Assembly: GCA_900542595.1 (NCBI GenBank)
Contig: UQOB01000001.1
Span: 1 to 59,255, forward strand
From: an uncultured Mollicutes bacterium
Lineage (GTDB): Bacteria; Bacillota_I; Bacilli_A; RFN20; CAG-826
Length of the DNA stretch: 59,255 bases
Reading direction: 5' to 3'
The stretch's first letter is position 1. Each line of letters opens with the position of its first letter. The translations under genes and the position numbers were made by a program. The notes below the pieces were generated by a model. The model saw only the letters and a list, made by a program, of their open reading frames with translations. It made no database searches and had not been told where the DNA came from. Positions 44,724 to 52,746 of the stretch are shown here, piece by piece.

Positions 44724-46234
44724 CGGGTGACTCCTTTCTTCTTTAAAGAGTTCTTAATCCGGGTTTCGACGATTTTCGGCATCTTCGCTTCCGGCGCCCG
44801 CTTATCGAGGAGCCACGTCGCCGCATAGTGGGTCGGACTCACTTCAAACATCGGGGGTTCTTCTTTAAAATCAATCCCCATCGCGTACTTACTTCTCAAC
44901 GCGAAAGCGTCACCTCTCGGCGGGAAAAGCATGTTCGGGGGAGTGCCAGGAATAGCTTCCAGTCTTTCCTTACTATCGATATCCGGGATACTGGAAAGTA
45001 AGGCCCAGGTATAAGGATGGACAGGGTTATAGAAGACATCTTCAGAAGTGCCGTATTCGACGATCTTACCCGCGTACATAACAGCGACTCTGTCCGCCAT
45101 ATTAGCGACAACCCCAAGGTCATGGGTAATGAAGATGACAGACATATTTCTCGCTTTCTTTAAGCGGTTGATAAGTTCGAGGATCTGAGCTTGGATGGTG
45201 ACGTCGAGCGCGGTCGTCGGTTCGTCGCAGATGAGGACGTTCGGGTTCGCGGTTAAAGCAATCGCGATAACGATTCTCTGCCGCATACCACCGGAGAACT
45301 CGAAGGGATATTGTCTAAACCGTCTTTCCGGTTCACTGATCCCGACTTCTTGCATGATTTTAAGGGCTTTCGCTTTCGCATCTTTTCTCGTCACTTTAAG
45401 TTCCGAAATATACCGGCGACGTTCACTGACGACGAGTAAAAACTTGGAAATGGCTTGAGGTTTGAAGAGATTTTTAAATAAATCCTTCACTAAGACCTTT
45501 TGTTTGGCCCAGTGTTCAAGTCTCTTTTCTTTCTTAAATTCCGCGCATTTGACGTGAGCGACTTTCTTCATCCCTCGAAGAGCCTTCCGGTCTTCTTTGA
45601 TAATCGGCTTAAGTCTTTCTTTTTCTTTTTTATAAATGGCTTTCTTTTCTTCCACTTCTTTCTTTTTCGCGAGCTTTTCGTCATTCGTTTTGACTTTCTT
45701 ATGCCGGCTGAAACGAATTTCTTCTTTCGCTAAAGAAAGTAACCGTTGGTCATTCTTCAATTTGATCAAGGTTTCATTGATGATGTCATCACGGAGTTTT
45801 TTAACTTTGTTGCCGTTGATGATCATGACTTCGGTGATTTGTTTCCCGATTCTCATCAAAGGGTTGAGCGAAGAAAGCGGATCTTGGAAGATCATCCCAA
45901 TCTTCGTCCCTCTGATCTTATGGAATTCTTCTTCCGAAATCTTGGTTAAGTCTTCCCCTTCATAGGTGATGGAGCCTTGGTCGATATGAGCGCTCGCCCC
46001 AAGAATACCCATGATGGTTTTACTGGTGACGCTCTTACCGGAGCCACTTTCCCCGACGATACAAAGGGTTTCCCCTTGATAAAGATCAAAGGAAACGCCG
46101 CGGACCGCTCTAACCTTTCCTTCATCAGTATCGAAACTGACGTGGAGGTTACGGATACTTAAGACCGCTTCTTTTCCCTTAGGGTTTTCCCCTGTCGAAT
46201 AGGGGTAATCGATAGTTTTATATTCTTTTTTCAT
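44720..46234 (-). CDS. oppD: Oligopeptide ABC transporter ATPase OppD, expanded (504 aa)
   Basis: Walker A GESGSGKS, signature FSGGMRQR and Walker B LICDEPTTALD. A roughly 140-aa Lys-rich insert sits in the helical subdomain. Confidence 0.85.
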   Translation of the reverse strand: MKKEYKTIDYPYSTGENPKGKEAVLSIRNLHVSFDTDEGKVRAVRGVSFDLYQGETLCIVGESGSGKSVTSKTIMGILGASAHIDQGSITYEGEDLTKISEEEFHKIRGTKIGMIFQDPLSSLNPLMRIGKQITEVMIINGNKVKKLRDDIINETLIKLKNDQRLLSLAKEEIRFSRHKKVKTNDEKLAKKKEVEEKKAIYKKEKERLKPIIKEDRKALRGMKKVAHVKCAEFKKEKRLEHWAKQKVLVKDLFKNLFKPQAISKFLLVVSERRRYISELKVTRKDAKAKALKIMQEVGISEPERRFRQYPFEFSGGMRQRIVIAIALTANPNVLICDEPTTALDVTIQAQILELINRLKKARNMSVIFITHDLGVVANMADRVAVMYAGKIVEYGTSEDVFYNPVHPYTWALLSSIPDIDSKERLEAIPGTPPNMLFPPRGDAFALRSKYAMGIDFKEEPPMFEVSPTHYAATWLLDKRAPEAKMPKIVETRIKNSLKKKGVTR

Positions 46235-48243
46235 TATTCGTTACTCCCTTTCAACGCCGGGTTAAAGGCATCCCGTAAGCCGTTACCGAACAAGTTAAAA
46301 CAAATCATAATGATCGCCATGACGATTGAAGCGCTGATAATCAAGTACGGTTGCGTGTTAATCACCGATTGAGCGTTACTCAAAGTGATGCCGAAGCTTT
46401 GTTGCCCTGAGAAGGAAATAGCGCTCGGTAAGATGTAGGCGATATTGGCTTCACTGAAGATGACGCTCGGAATCATTAAGACCGCCCCGGTGACAATCGT
46501 CCCGATACCATTCGGTAAGATGTGCCGGAAGATGAGCCGAGTGTCACTGGCCCCCAAGGTTCTCGAGGCCAAGACATACTCCCGCCTCTTGAAACGATAG
46601 AACTGGGTTCTCGTTGTCCCGGATACCCCAATCCAGCCTGTTAAACATAAGGCCAGCAAGAATGTACCAAAGTTACTGCCTAACAGTAAGGCGATTAAGG
46701 TCATGACGACGATAAACGGCATCCCCCCTAAGATTTCGGTCAACCGTTCCATGATGATATCGGTCCAGCCGCCGAAATACCCGGCGATGCTACCCCAGAT
46801 AATCCCGATGACGACGTTGATGATGGTCGCTAAGACACCGAGTTCAAGAGAGGTTAAAAGCCCAGCGAAGACGACCTTAAAGAAGTCGTGCCCGGTGTCA
46901 TCGGTGCCGAAGATGAACTTCACTGGAGCGCATTCTCCGATATAACCTTCAGCGTAAAGCCACCGGTACCGGCTTCTCACCGCGGTGACGCTCCAGGAGG
47001 AAACTTCGCTCCAAGAAGTGGTATTTTCTTTAAGAACTTCTCTGATTGGGCAATAGATTTCCCCGCTTTCCGTCAAGGTAAGTTTACCGGGGACACCATT
47101 TTTATTGCTTCTTTCGTAAGTCATCCAGCCCCGGTTGACATATCTTTGGATGTCGCTAGAAGTGAATTCCGCGGTGTCATCGCTATAAGCGGCCGCATAG
47201 TAGTCATAGGTAAAGCTACCTAAGATAACTTTCGAACCATAGATGCCGACACTTCCGTTGAGGTAAGGATTCCATTTTCCATCGCTCGCAGTTGCTAAGA
47301 GTTTAGTCGCATCGCTAAAGCTGACGTTTCCCTCCGTCACAACGCCATTTTGGGTGACAGTGACGTTATCGAGGTAAAGGGTGCTTCTCCCCCCTTCTTT
47401 CGCGTCCACAACGAAACCAACGCTTCCGGCAAGGAGACCGCTTTGAGGAGCCCCCGCTTCCAATAATGTAGTTGTTAAATCGATGCTACTTAAATCATAA
47501 GTATCGAGTTTATCAGTCAATTTATAAGTGGGTTGAAGGGTTCCATTTTCGTCGGTCGTAAAGAACACCGCTTGGTAAACCGGGTTATTCCCTAAAGTCG
47601 GATCCATCGTCGCGTCTTTATTGATGGTGAAACTAAAGGTATTTTCGACATTTAAATCGAGGAAGATAGTCGGGGAATAGATACCGTTCGAGGTGTTATC
47701 TCTATTCGGGAAGAAGTTGATGGAACCTTCGGAACCATATTTAAGAACCGTCGGGCTCGCCGCATTGAATCTTCCTTCCGAATATTCGATGCCGTCTTTT
47801 CCTCCGACAACCCCGGCTTGAAGATAAGCAACTTTACCAGTCGACGCATCCGCGGCCGGATACCCGGTTGCAGGGTCGATAGTGATGTTATTGATTCTTC
47901 CGGTGCCATCAAGGAAACCGCCATTATATCCGTCGAACCATTTCGGCGGTAAATTTTGGAGGATTTCCGTATTCATGGTGATGGTATTTTTGTCCGCGAT
48001 CGGAACGATTATAGCGGCTAGAATTAATACCCCTAAGATACACGCCGCGGTGACGCTAGCTTTCGATTTAACGAACCGTTTTAAAGCGTCTTTAAAATAG
48101 GTGGTCGGTTTGGTTTTAAATTTCGTATCGTGAATCGATTTATCGAGTTGGACGAAGGTGAAATCTTGCTCAGACGAGAAATTGAATTCATTATCGACGT
48201 CTTTATCGATCTTTTCGACTTCGTTTTTCTTTCTAAGTTTCAT
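46234..48243 (-). CDS. oppC: Oligopeptide ABC transporter permease OppC with a ~360-aa extracytoplasmic insertion
   Basis: The C-terminal 230 aa is a typical BPD permease core with the EAA-like loop (ASRTLGASDTRLIFRHILPN). A long soluble segment lies between TM1 and TM2. Confidence 0.8.
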   Translation of the reverse strand: MKLRKKNEVEKIDKDVDNEFNFSSEQDFTFVQLDKSIHDTKFKTKPTTYFKDALKRFVKSKASVTAACILGVLILAAIIVPIADKNTITMNTEILQNLPPKWFDGYNGGFLDGTGRINNITIDPATGYPAADASTGKVAYLQAGVVGGKDGIEYSEGRFNAASPTVLKYGSEGSINFFPNRDNTSNGIYSPTIFLDLNVENTFSFTINKDATMDPTLGNNPVYQAVFFTTDENGTLQPTYKLTDKLDTYDLSSIDLTTTLLEAGAPQSGLLAGSVGFVVDAKEGGRSTLYLDNVTVTQNGVVTEGNVSFSDATKLLATASDGKWNPYLNGSVGIYGSKVILGSFTYDYYAAAYSDDTAEFTSSDIQRYVNRGWMTYERSNKNGVPGKLTLTESGEIYCPIREVLKENTTSWSEVSSWSVTAVRSRYRWLYAEGYIGECAPVKFIFGTDDTGHDFFKVVFAGLLTSLELGVLATIINVVIGIIWGSIAGYFGGWTDIIMERLTEILGGMPFIVVMTLIALLLGSNFGTFLLALCLTGWIGVSGTTRTQFYRFKRREYVLASRTLGASDTRLIFRHILPNGIGTIVTGAVLMIPSVIFSEANIAYILPSAISFSGQQSFGITLSNAQSVINTQPYLIISASIVMAIIMICFNLFGNGLRDAFNPALKGSNE

Positions 48244-49289
48244 TATTTCGCCTCCCCCATTCTAATTCTGGGATCGACGACCCCATAGGATAAGTCGATG
48301 AGTAAAGTGGCAGCTAAACCAATTAAGGTATAGACGGCCATATCGACCATGATGACCGGGTAATCCGTGTCGGTTAAGGCTTTAACGAAAAGTTGCCCTA
48401 CCCCCGGAATCCCGTAGATTTGTTCCAAGACCATCGAACCGCTTAAAATCGAGATGAACTCCGCGATAATCATCGGAATGATCGGAACCATCGAGTTCCG
48501 TAACGCGTGCCGAACGACGCTTTGCCCGCGGGTTAAACCCTTGGTTCTCGCTAAAAGCAAGAATTCGCTGGACATAACTTCGCAGAGTTCTGCTCTCGTG
48601 TACCGAGCGAAACCCGCGATACTTCCGCTACTTAAAGCGATGACCGGAATGACGTAACCGGTAACCCCTAAAATCGGGTTATTAGCGACTTCGGAACCAG
48701 AAGGCCATTTGGAAGGTAACCAACCGGTCGAATAAGAGAGCCAGATTAAAAGGAAAGAGATAAGAACAAAAGACGGAACCGAGATGAAGATCATGACGAT
48801 CGTCGAAATCGTGTTATCGACCCAGGTGTTTTTCTTTAAGGCCGCTAAAATCCCGAGCCCTAAACCCAGTGGAATCGAGAAGCAAATACTGACGAGGTTA
48901 AGTTTAATGGTAACCGGTAAGTTCCCGAGGATGATTTGCATCGCCTCTTGCCCCCGGCTGACGGTGGTCGAAACCCCCCAGTTCCATTCGGTGAAGATAT
49001 TTCTAAGCCAGTGTAAATAACGGGCGAAAATTGGAACCGCTCGATAATAGTGAGAAGTTCCCCCATCCGTTAAGACCCGGTCATAGAGACCATTCATAAT
49101 CTCAGTTGGTTTCGTGACCCTTTCATAGAATCCCAATCGCACCTGCTCATCCCAGAAAGTAATCTGCTGACTGATGTTACCCGTCGGTTCATTCAACGGT
49201 AACGTCTGGATAAGCATGTAAGTGATTGAAAGAATGATAAAAGCGGTCAAAAAGATGAGAAGAATCCGTTTGACAACATATTTTGACAT
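48243..49289 (-). CDS. oppB: Oligopeptide ABC transporter permease OppB
   Basis: The N-terminal YVVKRILL.. motif and the EAA loop (LARTKGLTRGQSVVRHALRNS). Confidence 0.85.
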   Translation of the reverse strand: MSKYVVKRILLIFLTAFIILSITYMLIQTLPLNEPTGNISQQITFWDEQVRLGFYERVTKPTEIMNGLYDRVLTDGGTSHYYRAVPIFARYLHWLRNIFTEWNWGVSTTVSRGQEAMQIILGNLPVTIKLNLVSICFSIPLGLGLGILAALKKNTWVDNTISTIVMIFISVPSFVLISFLLIWLSYSTGWLPSKWPSGSEVANNPILGVTGYVIPVIALSSGSIAGFARYTRAELCEVMSSEFLLLARTKGLTRGQSVVRHALRNSMVPIIPMIIAEFISILSGSMVLEQIYGIPGVGQLFVKALTDTDYPVIMVDMAVYTLIGLAATLLIDLSYGVVDPRIRMGEAK

Positions 49290-49342
49290 CGTTCTTTCCT
49301 TTCCTGTTTCCTATATTTTAACGGATTTTTATCTCCGTTATT

Positions 49343-49374
49343 TACGACAAAGAGCGGGGCGTAGTACCCCGCTC
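49343..49374 (-). terminator. Intercistronic GC-rich hairpin or partial terminator between oppA and oppB
   Basis: Read on the minus strand as GAGCGGGG-tactacg-CCCCGCTC followed by TTTGTCG, with an 8-bp perfect stem. Confidence 0.55.
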
Positions 49375-49415
49375 AAGTCGTTAACCAAAGCGTGATTAAA
49401 CTTTAAGCGGCAGCT

Positions 49416-52064
49416 TTACAGCGTGATTCCTAAGTCAAGGAAGCTCGCATCGAGCATGACGTTCGAGAGGCTCTCGACGCCGCTATAAGAAGCGTTGACA
49501 CCGAAGACCAAACGGATACCGGTGAATTCTCTATCGGATTCGTTGCCCGCTAAGCTTCTCGCAGATTGCGCGAGATCATCTTTCGTGTAAGAGATGGTCC
49601 AGATGAATTCCCCGTAGTTCGGATCATCGACACCGCTGACCGCGCCCAGCATGAAGTTCGGTTGGTAGTAGGTACTAGTGCCACCGGAAGCATCGGTCAA
49701 CATGAGCCAGATGTATTGGGCTTCGACGTTGACGAGGTTCATAAAATTATCATCGAGTAATGGGACGATATTGAGGGTGAAATCAATATATCCGGTTTCT
49801 TCGTTGATGCTCGCACCTTGGGCCGTGACCGGAGCGGTGTTCAAGCCGTCGACAACAATCGCCGCGCCGTTAGCGGCGGTGTAGAAGGCGTCAAAGCTGA
49901 AAGCGACGTCTTGGTATTCGATATAGTTATCGGGTTCCACAATGTCAGTTCTCGGACCCCAGTTGGTGCTGAAACCAGCATTTAAGGCAGTAGTACTACT
50001 GACAATGCTCATGAAGTCGGTCGGGTTGAGGACGTTACCAGTGATGGCACCTTCTGCAAAGTCGAATTTACCGGTCTTCATCCGATCGTAACAAGCGTTA
50101 TAGGTCGAACCAGCGACTTCGTTGATGATATCAATTGTGATGTCGTAGCCTAATTCTTCAGCGGCTCTATTGAACGGGCCTTCGATGTAACCTTCAATGT
50201 AGTTACCGATTTGGTCAATCGTTCTTTGGTACCGCCAATAGTACATGATTTCGATGGTCGTGCCACCGTGAGCGTGAGCTTCGTAAGCTCCTTGGGCCAC
50301 GAGTTCTTTTAAGGCCGCTTCGAATAAGCTTTCGGCTAAGGATGCGTTATAGCCGTATTCGTTACCAGCCGCATCGATAAAGGGTTGAAGAACCGCTTTA
50401 CCAGCTTCGCTAGCCCGGTAGGAAACTTCTTTTTCTGGGTCAATCATGTAGGCGTTGCCTAAATAACCGAGAGCAGGGTTTCTTCCCATGGCGCCAGCGA
50501 GTTCTTGCCGGTTCATCGCGAAGAAGACACCGTCTAAGAAGTTGCTATTGCTCATGATGGGTTTGACGTCCCAATAATCTTTGATGCTAGTCGATTGGCT
50601 AGCGGTGCCGTTGACACCGAAGAAATATTCCCATTGTTCTTCAGTGGTCGAGTTAAGGTTAATCTTTAAGGTTGTTTGGCCTAAAGTTCTGAACGACCGA
50701 GGATTATTAGCGTATTCGCTAGTTCTAGCCGAAGGAACGGTCGCGTTGTCTAATTTACCGGCGAGGAAGTCTTGGAAGACTTGTTCATCATACCGTTCAC
50801 CGAGGTAAACCCGTTCGGTGTAACCCTTAAGATGGTTTTCGGTCGGCCGGTTATAAAGTTCATTCCGGCTATAGACAGTTTCAACGTTTTGTTCCCATAA
50901 ATCGAGGACGAACATCCCGGTAGAAATGACGTTACTGACGTTCTTCGCCGGGTCGGTGGTCCCACCGATCATCCCGTACTTGGAAGCTCCACCGATATCG
51001 GTTAAGAATTCTTGTGGAACTGGGGAATAAAGAGAACTACTGACGTTATACATCGCGTAGAATTGGGTCTGCGGAGTGATGAAGGTGTAGTCGATAGAAC
51101 CTTCTTCTTCATTGATTTGAATACCGACTTCTGACCAATCCTTTTGGGCGCTGTAGAGGTAAGTCGAAGCGCCGTAGAAGCCGTTAGCTTCGGTGACCAT
51201 TTCGCCGGCCCGCCGGAAGCCGTTATCGAGAATGGCTTTATACGGAGTGAGGTAGTCTTCAAGTTGAATACCTCTATTGTTGTACTTTTCGTAGAAAGTT
51301 TGATTGCTTCCCGGAATAGTTTGAGTAGCATTCTTACTCATTGCGTACCTAAAGTGTCTTCCTTGTCCAGCCGGAGTGCTTTCATCTTCGGAAGTGAAGA
51401 CTTTAACCCGCCAGAACCTGGAAGTATCACCTTCATGGTATTCGACTTCGTTGCCGTTTTCGTCAAGCATGATCGGACGATCAGTCTTACTGAGTTCGCC
51501 TCTCCAAACGTAACCATCGCTGGTGCCGTTCATCTTGACGCTGAAAAGGGAAGTGGCGACCATCCCGTAACGGCCGCTGACATCTTCACCATCGGAATCC
51601 CAATAGTTGAAGGTCCCAGAGTCTAAGTTGTTGTAGCTATGGAAATAATCCGGATAGGCTAAACCATTAGCTTGAGCGGTTGAGCCGTTATACATGTTAC
51701 CGGTGGTGTTGAGACTACCATCGAGAAGACCGCACCCATAGTTTGGGATGTAGGTATTGCTCCCGAGAGTAATCCGAGGGCTATACATTTCGTAACCGGC
51801 ATCGTCGTACAGCGGGATCCCAGCTAAATGATGATCGACCGCATATTGTTCCATCTTCGCGACGAGTTCGGCTTTTTGCGTCGGATCAGCCCCTTGGAAG
51901 TTATAAACCCCTTCAGCTAAAGGGATATCTAAGGTTGGGCTGGAGCTCGTGCTTCCACTACCGATGCTGGTACTAGTTGTGGTATTCCCTGGATCACCAC
52001 AGCCAGCTAAAACCATTGCACCGCAGGCTACGAGAGCGACGCCTAGCAATAATTTCTTCTTCAT
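49416..52064 (-). CDS. oppA: Lipoprotein, oligopeptide-binding protein (SBP family 5), enlarged (882 aa)
   Basis: Lipobox LAGC, position at the head of oppBCDF, and family-5 SBP-like central region. Confidence 0.75.
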   Translation of the reverse strand: MKKKLLLGVALVACGAMVLAGCGDPGNTTTSTSIGSGSTSSSPTLDIPLAEGVYNFQGADPTQKAELVAKMEQYAVDHHLAGIPLYDDAGYEMYSPRITLGSNTYIPNYGCGLLDGSLNTTGNMYNGSTAQANGLAYPDYFHSYNNLDSGTFNYWDSDGEDVSGRYGMVATSLFSVKMNGTSDGYVWRGELSKTDRPIMLDENGNEVEYHEGDTSRFWRVKVFTSEDESTPAGQGRHFRYAMSKNATQTIPGSNQTFYEKYNNRGIQLEDYLTPYKAILDNGFRRAGEMVTEANGFYGASTYLYSAQKDWSEVGIQINEEEGSIDYTFITPQTQFYAMYNVSSSLYSPVPQEFLTDIGGASKYGMIGGTTDPAKNVSNVISTGMFVLDLWEQNVETVYSRNELYNRPTENHLKGYTERVYLGERYDEQVFQDFLAGKLDNATVPSARTSEYANNPRSFRTLGQTTLKINLNSTTEEQWEYFFGVNGTASQSTSIKDYWDVKPIMSNSNFLDGVFFAMNRQELAGAMGRNPALGYLGNAYMIDPEKEVSYRASEAGKAVLQPFIDAAGNEYGYNASLAESLFEAALKELVAQGAYEAHAHGGTTIEIMYYWRYQRTIDQIGNYIEGYIEGPFNRAAEELGYDITIDIINEVAGSTYNACYDRMKTGKFDFAEGAITGNVLNPTDFMSIVSSTTALNAGFSTNWGPRTDIVEPDNYIEYQDVAFSFDAFYTAANGAAIVVDGLNTAPVTAQGASINEETGYIDFTLNIVPLLDDNFMNLVNVEAQYIWLMLTDASGGTSTYYQPNFMLGAVSGVDDPNYGEFIWTISYTKDDLAQSARSLAGNESDREFTGIRLVFGVNASYSGVESLSNVMLDASFLDLGITL

Positions 52065-52102
52065 AAATTGCTCCTTTCTTGTTGCTGTAAATCAGCCATA
52101 TA

Positions 52103-52130
52103 AATATCTTATAAAACTTTTTTATGTCAA
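52103..52130 (-). promoter_or_regulatory. Candidate sigma-A promoter for the opp operon (TTGACA-16-GATATT)
   Basis: A perfect -35 TTGACA lies at 52125-52130 on the minus strand. The -10 is weak. The site is about 40 nt upstream of the oppA ATG. Confidence 0.35.
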
Positions 52131-52184
52131 TGATTATTTTAAAAAACTCGCGAAAACAACGAAAAAGCCGAGGCTAGATGGTTA

Positions 52185-52637
52185 TTATTGCACCATTTGG
52201 ATAATCGCGAGCACAATCCCGACTGTCAAAAAGAGACCCCCCACTATTAAATAAGGAATAAAGAAGGGTTTCTCTTTGTCGCGTTTCTCTTTTTTCGCCT
52301 GAGTATAGTCATACGCGGTCTCGTAACGTTTCTCATCCCCCCGCTTAAAGCTTTCCACTAAACGGTAAAAGCCGTAACGGACGACATCGAAGGTCCCTTG
52401 CCGACCAATCCAGGCGAGACCAATGAAGGCTAAAACTAAACCGCCACCCAAGCAAAAACCATCGCTATAGAGGTAGAGTTGGGAGAAAAAGATCGTCCAA
52501 GAAAGTTCAGGATTACGATCTAAAGCTTTTTGGTAACCAGTGATACCGGCGATCAAGTAATAGAGCAGGAAAATAGTGAGAGGAATGACGATTGCCATCA
52601 CCCAGTTAACAATGATTTGTTTCTTTCGTTCACTCAT
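52185..52637 (-). CDS. Small membrane protein (possibly DUF3899-like)
   Basis: Three N-terminal TM helices, a basic loop and a C-terminal TM helix. The family call is tentative. Confidence 0.5.
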   Translation of the reverse strand: MSERKKQIIVNWVMAIVIPLTIFLLYYLIAGITGYQKALDRNPELSWTIFFSQLYLYSDGFCLGGGLVLAFIGLAWIGRQGTFDVVRYGFYRLVESFKRGDEKRYETAYDYTQAKKEKRDKEKPFFIPYLIVGGLFLTVGIVLAIIQMVQ

Positions 52638-52746
52638 ACTTTTGCAAGTTACCGCTTTCTTCGAACTTTTTCAAGCAGAGAAAAAAACATTGAAGAAAAC
52701 TAAAAGTAGGGTATTTTAAATAGGCACTAAAGAAAGGAGTGTCAGC

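Noticed and set aside
45195-46162. Cluster of plus-strand ORFs (61-109 aa) opposite oppD.
   Set aside because: They are antisense to a strongly supported ABC ATPase gene and are Phe/Ser/Leu-rich mirror translations of its Lys-rich insert.
51144-51626. 160-aa plus-strand ORF opposite oppA. Similar antisense ORFs occur at 46703-47223, 49566-49884, 50581-50808 and 54508-55699.
   Set aside because: All are nested antisense within long, well-supported lipoprotein or permease genes. They have no SD and no motifs.
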